From Candidatus Shapirobacteria bacterium (GTDB taxonomy: Bacteria > Patescibacteriota > Microgenomatia > UBA12405), in assembly GCA_041665485.1 (NCBI GenBank), contig JBAYIT010000002.1, positions 197,867-261,866 on the forward strand: 64,000 nt of DNA, read 5' to 3'. A program made the position numbers and the translations under genes. The first letter of the stretch is position 1. Each line of letters starts with the position of its first letter. Below are positions 47,385 through 54,927 of the stretch, in pieces. The notes beneath the pieces are model-generated. The model saw only the letters and a program-made list of their open reading frames with translations, did not search any database and was not told the DNA's origin.

Positions 47385-49154
47385 ATGTCACAAATAGATG
47401 CCAAAAGCCATCAAAATGATGAACTTTATAAAATTCGTCACAGCGCCGAACACGTTTTGACTCAAGCCGTCGAAACACTTTATCCCAATCAAACTGTTAG
47501 AGTCATGGGTCCGGCCACCGATGACGGTTTTTACATGGACTTCGAACCTCTCGGCGATCTCAAAATCTCCGATGCTGATTTTCCTAAAATCGAAGCCGAA
47601 ATGGCTAAAATCATCAAAGCCAATTTACCTATAGTTAGGAAAGAAATTAGTCTAGATGAAGCCAAAAAAATCTTTGCCGATAATCCATACAAAATGGACT
47701 GGCTTAATTCCATTACCGATAGGGGAGAAGTGATTAGTGTTTACCATACCGCCGATCAATATTTTGACCTCTGTGCCGGCCCCCACGCCGCCTCTACGGG
47801 TGAAATCAAAGCCTTCAAACTTCTTTCTATTGCCGGCGCTTACTGGCACGGCGACGAGAAAAACAAAATGCTTACTCGTATTTACGCCACCGCCTTTGAA
47901 TCTCAAAAAGAATTAGATTCCTATTTGTTCATGATTGAAGAGGCCAAAAAACGCGATCATCGCAAATTAGGCCCGCAATTAGGCTTATTTTTCCTCGACG
48001 AAACTGCTCCAGGCATGCCCTACTGGCTACCCAAGGGCACAATTATCATCAACGAGTTATTAAGTTTTTGGCGTCAAGAACACGCCAAACGTGGTTATCT
48101 TGAAACTATTACTCCTCTTTTGAACAAAAATTCACTTTACATCACTTCCGGCCACTGGGAGCATTATCGCCAACACATGTTTATCGCCGATATGAAAGAA
48201 GACGGCCTTTACTGTCTTAAACCCATGAATTGTCCCAACGCCATGACTATTTATTCTAAAAGCAAACATAGCTATCGAGAGTTACCCCTCCGTCTCTCCG
48301 ATTGCGACACTCTTCATCGTCACGAAAAATCTGGCGAATTAAATGGCCTTCTTCGTGTTCAAAAGTTTGCCCAAGATGACGCTCATATTTTCGTCACTGA
48401 AAGCCAAATTGCCGACGAATACAAAAGAATACTTGAAATTGCCAACCTCTTTTATTCCATTTTTGGCATTAAATTTAAAATTCGTTTAGGCACTCGACCA
48501 GATGATTTTATGGGTGACATCGAAACCTGGAACAAAGCCGAAAAAGAACTGGAACAAATTTTAGTCGACAACAAGTTCGATTATTTTGTTGGTGAAGGAG
48601 AAGGAGCTTTTTACGGCCCTAAACTCGATATTCTTATGGATGATTGCCTTGGGCGCCAATGGCAAACCGGCACCATCCAACTCGACTTCCAATTACCCCG
48701 TAATTTCGACCTAAAATACACTGACTCTGACGGCACCGAAAAAACTCCAGTTGTCATTCATCGGGTAATTTATGGATCGCTTGAACGTTTCATGGGAATT
48801 TTAATTGAGCAATTTGCCGGGGCGTTTCCTGTCTGGCTTTCTCCACTCCAAGCCAAAATTATTCCCATCACCGATGCTCAACACGAGTATGCCAATAAAG
48901 TTTTGGCCAAATTGATAGGGGAGGGGATTAGAGTCGAAATTGACGACCGTGGTGAAAAAATGCAGGGAAAAATCCGCGATGCCCAATTAGAAAAAATCCC
49001 TTATATGTTAATTATTGGCCAACGCGAAATCGATGCTGGTGCTGTCGCCGTTCGTCAACGCGACGGCCAAGATCTGGGGGCGATAAGTATTGATGACTTT
49101 ATTGCCAAAGTTAAGGACCAAATCACCACCAAGTCTTTAAATTTGATACAATAA
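47385..49154 (+). CDS. thrS: Threonyl-tRNA synthetase (short form without the N-terminal TGS domain)
   Basis: Editing-domain start HSAEHVLTQAV, class II motifs, RDHRKLG motif, anticodon-binding C-terminus. Confidence 0.9.
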   Translation: MSQIDAKSHQNDELYKIRHSAEHVLTQAVETLYPNQTVRVMGPATDDGFYMDFEPLGDLKISDADFPKIEAEMAKIIKANLPIVRKEISLDEAKKIFADNPYKMDWLNSITDRGEVISVYHTADQYFDLCAGPHAASTGEIKAFKLLSIAGAYWHGDEKNKMLTRIYATAFESQKELDSYLFMIEEAKKRDHRKLGPQLGLFFLDETAPGMPYWLPKGTIIINELLSFWRQEHAKRGYLETITPLLNKNSLYITSGHWEHYRQHMFIADMKEDGLYCLKPMNCPNAMTIYSKSKHSYRELPLRLSDCDTLHRHEKSGELNGLLRVQKFAQDDAHIFVTESQIADEYKRILEIANLFYSIFGIKFKIRLGTRPDDFMGDIETWNKAEKELEQILVDNKFDYFVGEGEGAFYGPKLDILMDDCLGRQWQTGTIQLDFQLPRNFDLKYTDSDGTEKTPVVIHRVIYGSLERFMGILIEQFAGAFPVWLSPLQAKIIPITDAQHEYANKVLAKLIGEGIRVEIDDRGEKMQGKIRDAQLEKIPYMLIIGQREIDAGAVAVRQRDGQDLGAISIDDFIAKVKDQITTKSLNLIQ

Positions 49155-49218
49155 TGAAGTCTATCGTCCATAACTTTTTGGACTTTATAACTTTTAACTT
49201 TAAACTTTCAACTAAATA

Positions 49219-49791
49219 GTGGCTACTTACCGTAAAACTAATCACAGCAAAATTTTTTACAAAATTAATCAGTATATCTCTGCTCCCGAAGTTCGTCTGG
49301 TCGACGAAGATGCCAAACAAATCGGTGTTCTTTCTATCGCCGAAGCCCGGGCTAAATCAGCCGAAACCGGCCTTGATCTGGTTGAAATCGCCCCGCTAGC
49401 TAAACCACCGGTTGTCAAACTAATTGAATTTGCCAAATTTAAATATCAAGAATCAAAAAAGCTTAAGGCTGAAAAGAAAGGTGTTCGTGGTGGTGAGCTC
49501 AAAGAAGTTCAAATGACCCCCTTTATTGGCGCTCAAGACTTTATCACCCGCGTCAAACGCTCACGCGAATTTCTAACTACTGGAAATAAAGTTAAATTAA
49601 GTATAAAATTCCAAGGTCGCCAAATCCAGCGTAAGGAGTTTGGCTATCAGTTAGCCGACAGATTCACTCAGGAGCTATCCGATATTTCCGCTCGCGAAGG
49701 CGAGCCACGGCTTATCGGTAAGCAACTAATTCTAACCTTGACTCCTGTCAAGAAAAAAAATGAAAAAAGCAAGCCAGAGACTAAAAATTAG
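49219..49791 (+). CDS. infC: Translation initiation factor IF-3 (start codon uncertain, likely non-ATG)
   Basis: EVRLVDEDAKQIGVLSIAEARAKSAETGLDLVEIAPLAKPPVVKLIEFAKFKY matches IF-3. Confidence 0.8.
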   Translation: MATYRKTNHSKIFYKINQYISAPEVRLVDEDAKQIGVLSIAEARAKSAETGLDLVEIAPLAKPPVVKLIEFAKFKYQESKKLKAEKKGVRGGELKEVQMTPFIGAQDFITRVKRSREFLTTGNKVKLSIKFQGRQIQRKEFGYQLADRFTQELSDISAREGEPRLIGKQLILTLTPVKKKNEKSKPETKN

Positions 49792-49969
49792 AAAGTCGGT
49801 TAGTAACCGCTTTGAGGTCACTAAAAACGGCAAAGTTCTTCGCCGGAGTTCTTTCGACCGCCATCTTCGCTCCAAAAAATCAAAAAAACAACTTCGCCGT
49901 CTTAAAGGTAAAAAATTAGTCTTAGGTAAATTTGCCAAAAAAGTTAAACAAATACTTGGCATGGCCTAA
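49760..49969 (+). CDS. rpmI: 50S ribosomal protein L35
   Basis: MKKASQRLKIRKSVSNRFEVTKNGKVLRR... basic 69-aa protein in the conserved infC-rpmI-rplT order. Confidence 0.8.
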   Translation: MKKASQRLKIRKSVSNRFEVTKNGKVLRRSSFDRHLRSKKSKKQLRRLKGKKLVLGKFAKKVKQILGMA

Positions 49970-49989
49970 ACCCAAAATTATTTATTAAA

Positions 49990-50117
49990 TTACAATTTCC
50001 AAACTAACAATTTCCAAACAAGTAACAAATAATCAAATAACAATTTCCAATTTGGAATTTGTAAATTTGAAATTTGTTTGGAACTTGTAAATTTGTTCTT
50101 TGGAACTTAAATAAAAT
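49990..50117 (+). promoter_or_regulatory. Long imperfect inverted-repeat structure (3 copies of acaatttccaa then 3 copies of ttggaa(t/c)ttgt) in the rplT 5' leader
   Basis: Direct reading; could form a roughly 55-nt-arm hairpin immediately upstream of the rplT ATG. Confidence 0.35.
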
Positions 50118-50468
50118 ATGCGCGTTAAAACAGGTATCGTCAGACACCGAAAACATAAAAAAATCCTCGAACAGGCCAAGGGTTTTTGGATGACCCGCCA
50201 CAAACGGTTTAAGGTCGCCAAAGAAGCTGTTATGCACTCCGGCCAATACGCCTACGAAGGTCGTCGTATTCGTCGCCGTGACATGCGCCAAATTTGGATT
50301 GTTCGGCTCAATGCTGCTCTTGCCTCCTACAATCTAAAGTACTCAGTCTTTATCGCCAAACTTAAAGAAGTCAAAGTCGAGCTTAATCGAAAAATGTTGG
50401 CCGATATTTCCGTCACTGACCCAGCTACCTTCAAATCAATTATCAACACTCTTTTTCCTACTAAGTAG
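50118..50468 (+). CDS. rplT: 50S ribosomal protein L20
   Basis: MRVKTGIVRHRKHKKILEQAKGF... Confidence 0.9.
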   Translation: MRVKTGIVRHRKHKKILEQAKGFWMTRHKRFKVAKEAVMHSGQYAYEGRRIRRRDMRQIWIVRLNAALASYNLKYSVFIAKLKEVKVELNRKMLADISVTDPATFKSIINTLFPTK

Positions 50469-50599
50469 GAAACATCTTCTTGACTTCACTATTTATCCGC
50501 TTTAACATACCCCCAATGACCAAAGCAGTCTCTTTATCTTTTGCTTTCTTTTTCTTTACCGGCCCTCGCGGGAGAATTGCTTAGTCATTACAAGAAATC

Positions 50600-50630
50600 A
50601 CTAAGACCTCCCGCAAGGGAGGTTTTTTGT
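50600..50630 (+). terminator. Intrinsic terminator after rplT (cctcccgcaagggagg tttttt)
   Basis: GC stem-loop with T-run; immediately precedes tRNA-Phe. Confidence 0.55.
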
Positions 50631-50632
50631 TG

Positions 50633-50708
50633 GCCGGAGTAGCCAAGTTGGTCACGGCACTGGTCTGAAAAACCTGGGATGTTGGTTCGATTCCAACCTC
50701 CGGCACCA
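50633..50708 (+). tRNA. tRNA-Phe (anticodon GAA), copy 2, CCA encoded
   Basis: Acceptor gccggag/ctccggc, anticodon loop ctGAAaa (U-U mismatch in stem as in copy 1), T-arm gttgg ttcgatt ccaac. Confidence 0.7.
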
Positions 50709-50737
50709 ACCTTAAAATAAGTTAAAATATATAAAAT

Positions 50738-51724
50738 ATGGATCTAAATACAATTAAAATCGAAGTCAACGATTGTCAAAATCAATCTGACCTTGAGGCT
50801 GTTCGAATTAAATATCTCGGCCGCCAAGGCCTAATTAACCAAGAATTCTCCAAAATCAAAACTGCTACAGATCCAAAAAAATTTGGTCTAGAATTGAACA
50901 AACTAAAAAACAACGTTGAAGGAATAATTAAAAATAAATTATCAACCATAAGGACATTGCCCACAAAGTATCTACCTGAAAAAAGGGAAAAAAATATTAT
51001 TTCTCTTCCAAAAATAGGTCATTTGCACCCCATCACCCAAACCGAACGTGAACTAAACGAAGTTTTCCGTAAGTTAGGCTTTTCTATTTACGGTGGACCA
51101 GAGCTGGTTACTGACGAATATAATTTCAGACGCCTTAATGTTCCTGTCAATCATCCTGCCCGCGACATGCAAGACACCATTTACATTAAAGAACCCGAAC
51201 TGCTTCTACAAACTCAGGGTTCAGCTATTGAATCACAATTATTAGCCAGTCATAAACCCCCCATTCGTTGTGCTTTCCCTTGTAAAGTTTTTCGTAACGA
51301 AAAAGTTACCAAAAGCAATCACTTCGTTTTTCATCATTATCAGGCTGTCGTCGTTGATAAAGGTATTACCATGAAAGATTTAATCGGCACTATGGATCTA
51401 ATGTTTAAAACCATCTATGGACCCAACGTCATCGTCCGTTATCGTTGTAAATATTATCCAGAAATTGAACCCGGTGTCGGCCCCGACATGCAATGCTTTA
51501 ATTGTAAGGGCACCGGTTGCGCTCTCTGCAAGTACGCTGGTTGGATCGAAATGGGTGGCTCGGGTATGATTCACCCTAAAGTTCTGGAAATGGCTGGTAT
51601 CGACCACCATGTTTACTCTGGTTTCGCCTTTGGCATGGGTCTTGATCGTTGGACTATGGCTCAAAAAAATATTAAAGATATTCGCACCCTTATGGGTGGA
51701 AATCTCGCTTACAAACCCAACTAA
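50738..51724 (+). CDS. pheS: Phenylalanyl-tRNA synthetase alpha subunit
   Basis: HPARDMQDTIYI, FRNE, GFAFGMGLDRWTMA class II motifs. Confidence 0.9.
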   Translation: MDLNTIKIEVNDCQNQSDLEAVRIKYLGRQGLINQEFSKIKTATDPKKFGLELNKLKNNVEGIIKNKLSTIRTLPTKYLPEKREKNIISLPKIGHLHPITQTERELNEVFRKLGFSIYGGPELVTDEYNFRRLNVPVNHPARDMQDTIYIKEPELLLQTQGSAIESQLLASHKPPIRCAFPCKVFRNEKVTKSNHFVFHHYQAVVVDKGITMKDLIGTMDLMFKTIYGPNVIVRYRCKYYPEIEPGVGPDMQCFNCKGTGCALCKYAGWIEMGGSGMIHPKVLEMAGIDHHVYSGFAFGMGLDRWTMAQKNIKDIRTLMGGNLAYKPN

Positions 51725-51726
51725 TT

Positions 51727-54243
51727 ATGAAATTAATCTATTCCTATCTCCAAAAATTTCTTCCTGACTTAAATGTCGAACCTCAAAAGCTTCGTGATGA
51801 TCTGACCATGATTGGCCATTTCACCAATTTTTATGAAAAAATTGATAATGAAATTGTTTTTGATTTAGATATTAAAATTAATCGCGGCGATTGCCTTGGC
51901 TATTATGGCTTAGCCAACGATCTTTCTGTTCTTTACAATATTCCACTGGTTTTACCCCAAAATTTTTCTTATCCTGCATCTAATTGTTCCCTACCAATTC
52001 AAGTTACTACTGACAATGTCACCCGTATCATGGCGGTTAAAATTGTCCACCTAAAAAACTCAACTTCACCTCAATGGTTGCAAACTTTTTTAAAATTACA
52101 TGGAGTTAATTCAATTAATACATTAGTTGATCTAACCAACTATGTCATGTTCATGTATAGTATACCAAATCATGCCTTCGATACCGCTAAATCTAATGAT
52201 AATCTTATTTGGGAAATGAATTCTAAATATTCAGAATTTACTAGTCTTGATGGTACTGTTTTAAAACTTGACCCCAGTATTTTAATGATCAATAATCCCC
52301 AACGGCCTTTGAGTCTTAGTTTCTGGGGAGGAGAAGATTGTGCTATCGACAATCAAACCACCAGTACTATTATTGAAATGGCTATCTACAAGCCCACCAC
52401 TGTTCGTCAAAACAGTCGTGGCTTAAAAAGTGTTACCGAAGCTTCAATTCGTCTTGAAAAACAATTGGACCCCGATTTAATTCCTACTGCTCTTGACCAT
52501 TTAGTTAAATTAATTAATGAAAATTGTGGTGGCCAAATTACTTCGCAAGTTTTTGATTATTACCCCAATCCCATCACTCCGCCAACCATTGAATTTAATT
52601 TAGATTTACCATCAATCATGTCTGGCATCAACATACCTCAGGATGTCTCTCTGGACATATTAAAACGTCTTGGTTGCACTATTAGAGGTAAGTTCATTAC
52701 TCCTCCTAGTCTCCGTCTAGACATTACCCAAGAAGAGGATTTAGTTGAAGAAGTTGTTCGATTCTATGGCTACAACAAAATTCCCATAAATGAACCACTA
52801 ACTCTTAAACAACTTCCAGATATTACCCCCAAAGAAATTTACCAAATTGAGGAACTTAAGGATAAACTAGTTGCATTAGGTTATGATGAAATTTTATCTT
52901 GGCCAATTATTTCAAAACCATCTAACCCTAAAACTGTCGTTACCACTCAAAACAGCATCAACTCTGAATCCATTTATCTTCGTCAAAGTATGACCCAATC
53001 CCTTCGTGGTCAACTGGATCAATATACCCGCTACAATCTTCCCCGTCCCCAATTTTTTGAAATTGGTGAAGTTTTTTCCAAAGAGGGAGACAAAATTACC
53101 GAACAAACTTCTCTCGCTCTATACAATCAGGATTCCGATCAGTTGCATACCGACACTTTACGATGCCTTTCTTCTGAAAATTGGCTCTTTCAAGATAACT
53201 TCGCCGAAATAATCCTCGACAATCTCCCCAAACCCGAAAGCTATATCCCCCAAACCATCAACAATGAGGCCATCGAGCTTACCTCCCAAATCATTACTCT
53301 CGACGCCAATATCACTCTTCCCCAAAAACGCGATCATCAAGAATTGATCCGCGAATATCGGTCTAAAATCAGTGAAAATATTTTATGGTCGATGGACATC
53401 GTCGATATCTTTAATAACAAATACACCTTCCGTGTTTCCTACTACAACTGCACCGACAAACTGGCCAAATCCACCCACCTTTCCGCCTTTGGACTACTCG
53501 ACCAGACCAAAACAACCACCATCGCCATTGACCCCAACACTGAAACTAAACTTCTCTATTACGATGATATGTACCAAACCACCGCTAAAGCCCAAATTAT
53601 TGATATTAGAAAGGTTAATAATCAGAATTATTTGATACTAGACCAAACCGTTTTCTTCCCCGAAGGCGGTGGTCAGCCCGGCGACCAGGGCACGATTTCC
53701 AACTCTTCAAATAACCTAAAAATTAAAGTTATTTTATACAAGGATGGTCAGATCTTACATGCCACCAGCAACAACACCCTTTCGATTGGTGATCAAATTG
53801 ATCTAAAGATAGATTGGAATCGGCGATACAAATACATGAAAATTCATTCCGCCGGACACCTGCTCCATGAGATTTTAATGGAAGTTGATTCTACTCTTGT
53901 CCCTCTTAAGGGCTACCATCACGACGAATCATATTTAATCTACTCTGGATATATTGATCCTAAATCCATTTCTCAAATTGAATCTAAATTATCAACCGCC
54001 ATTACGGCCGATTTACCAATCATTTGCGACTATACCGATTTAGAAACGCTAAAAAAAGATGCCAGATCGGTCCCCCAAAATCTCCCCCTTCACAAAAAAC
54101 TCCGCCGTCTTAAAATCGGCAACTTTCCCAGTATGGCTGACGGCGGTGTCCAAGTCAAATCAACCGAAGAAATCGGCCAAGTTAAAATTACCGCCATTGA
54201 AAATACTCAAAATCAGTGTAAAATATCCTACCAAGTACTATGA
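51727..54243 (+). CDS. pheT: Phenylalanyl-tRNA synthetase beta subunit with a C-terminal AlaX/ThrRS-SAD-like (putative editing) domain fusion
   Basis: B3/4 and B5 region motifs; C-terminal roughly 230 aa with FFPEGGGQPGDQG and HSAGHLL...H motifs characteristic of AlaX-type editing domains. Confidence 0.8.
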   Translation: MKLIYSYLQKFLPDLNVEPQKLRDDLTMIGHFTNFYEKIDNEIVFDLDIKINRGDCLGYYGLANDLSVLYNIPLVLPQNFSYPASNCSLPIQVTTDNVTRIMAVKIVHLKNSTSPQWLQTFLKLHGVNSINTLVDLTNYVMFMYSIPNHAFDTAKSNDNLIWEMNSKYSEFTSLDGTVLKLDPSILMINNPQRPLSLSFWGGEDCAIDNQTTSTIIEMAIYKPTTVRQNSRGLKSVTEASIRLEKQLDPDLIPTALDHLVKLINENCGGQITSQVFDYYPNPITPPTIEFNLDLPSIMSGINIPQDVSLDILKRLGCTIRGKFITPPSLRLDITQEEDLVEEVVRFYGYNKIPINEPLTLKQLPDITPKEIYQIEELKDKLVALGYDEILSWPIISKPSNPKTVVTTQNSINSESIYLRQSMTQSLRGQLDQYTRYNLPRPQFFEIGEVFSKEGDKITEQTSLALYNQDSDQLHTDTLRCLSSENWLFQDNFAEIILDNLPKPESYIPQTINNEAIELTSQIITLDANITLPQKRDHQELIREYRSKISENILWSMDIVDIFNNKYTFRVSYYNCTDKLAKSTHLSAFGLLDQTKTTTIAIDPNTETKLLYYDDMYQTTAKAQIIDIRKVNNQNYLILDQTVFFPEGGGQPGDQGTISNSSNNLKIKVILYKDGQILHATSNNTLSIGDQIDLKIDWNRRYKYMKIHSAGHLLHEILMEVDSTLVPLKGYHHDESYLIYSGYIDPKSISQIESKLSTAITADLPIICDYTDLETLKKDARSVPQNLPLHKKLRRLKIGNFPSMADGGVQVKSTEEIGQVKITAIENTQNQCKISYQVL

Positions 54244-54324
54244 AAGTCATTATCCGTTCTATTTTGTTTTTCCCCAAAGCCCTCAAGTGGGAGACTTTAA
54301 CTTAACCTCAAACATCCAATGATC

Positions 54325-54356
54325 AAGTTAAAAGCTCCCAAATGGGAGCTTTTTTA
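54325..54356 (+). terminator. Intrinsic terminator after pheT (agctcccaaatgggagct ttttt)
   Basis: Perfect stem-loop plus T-run. Confidence 0.55.
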
Positions 54357-54435
54357 TTATCTCTACTTTCTGTTCTTTCCCCGAAAGGGGATAACATGAA
54401 AGTATTTTTAACTTTTTTATATATTAATTTTAATT

Positions 54436-54672
54436 ATGTCTCAAACATTAAAACTTGAAACTTGCAGTGGCGCCTGTGTCAACTGCAATGTCTTGGGCAT
54501 TGCCCAACGGCGAATTGGTAATCGCCAAATTACCGATGAAACCAATATGATTGCAGTTGCCCGACAACTCCAATTAGAACGTTGTCCTGAAGGTCAGGAG
54601 ATGAAGATTGGCTTACTAAATCCCGCCAATCTTTCCAGACAAAATCTTGCTGACCTACCCACTTGGTTCTAA
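54436..54672 (+). CDS. Hypothetical small Cys-containing protein (78 aa)
   Basis: ORF only; CSGACVNCNV and ERCPEG segments; no RBS evident. Confidence 0.2.
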   Translation: MSQTLKLETCSGACVNCNVLGIAQRRIGNRQITDETNMIAVARQLQLERCPEGQEMKIGLLNPANLSRQNLADLPTWF

Positions 54673-54785
54673 TAGGTAAAGCTTCACCCCGGCTTCGGCC
54701 GGGGTGTTAGCACTCTCCCACCTCGACTGCTAACAACTACCTCAAACTCAATCTTTCCTATACATCGGCACTTTCTATATCATAA

Positions 54786-54920
54786 TATATAGATATATAT
54801 TGTTCCCCCTCCTTGTCAAAGGAGGGGGTTAGGGGGAAGATTGGACATCACCCCCGTCTTGCCTGCCCGGCCGGCAGACGGGTTAAAGAAGGGGGTAGGG
54901 GGAAGATTGAAAATCAGGGT
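54786..54920. repeat. Second copy of the G-rich dispersed repeat family (ccccctccttgtcaaaggagggggttagggggaagattgg ... gggggtagggggaagattgaaaatcagggtgaggggtttaggg)
   Basis: Shares the palindrome ccccctcc...ggaggggg and the gggggtagggggaagattga core with 44700..44857. Confidence 0.6.
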
Positions 54921-54927
54921 GAGGGGT

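Noticed and set aside
54436-54672. RiPP/bacteriocin precursor interpretation for the 78-aa Cys-containing ORF
   Set aside because: No adjacent modification, transport or immunity genes and no RBS. Retained only as a low-confidence hypothetical ORF.
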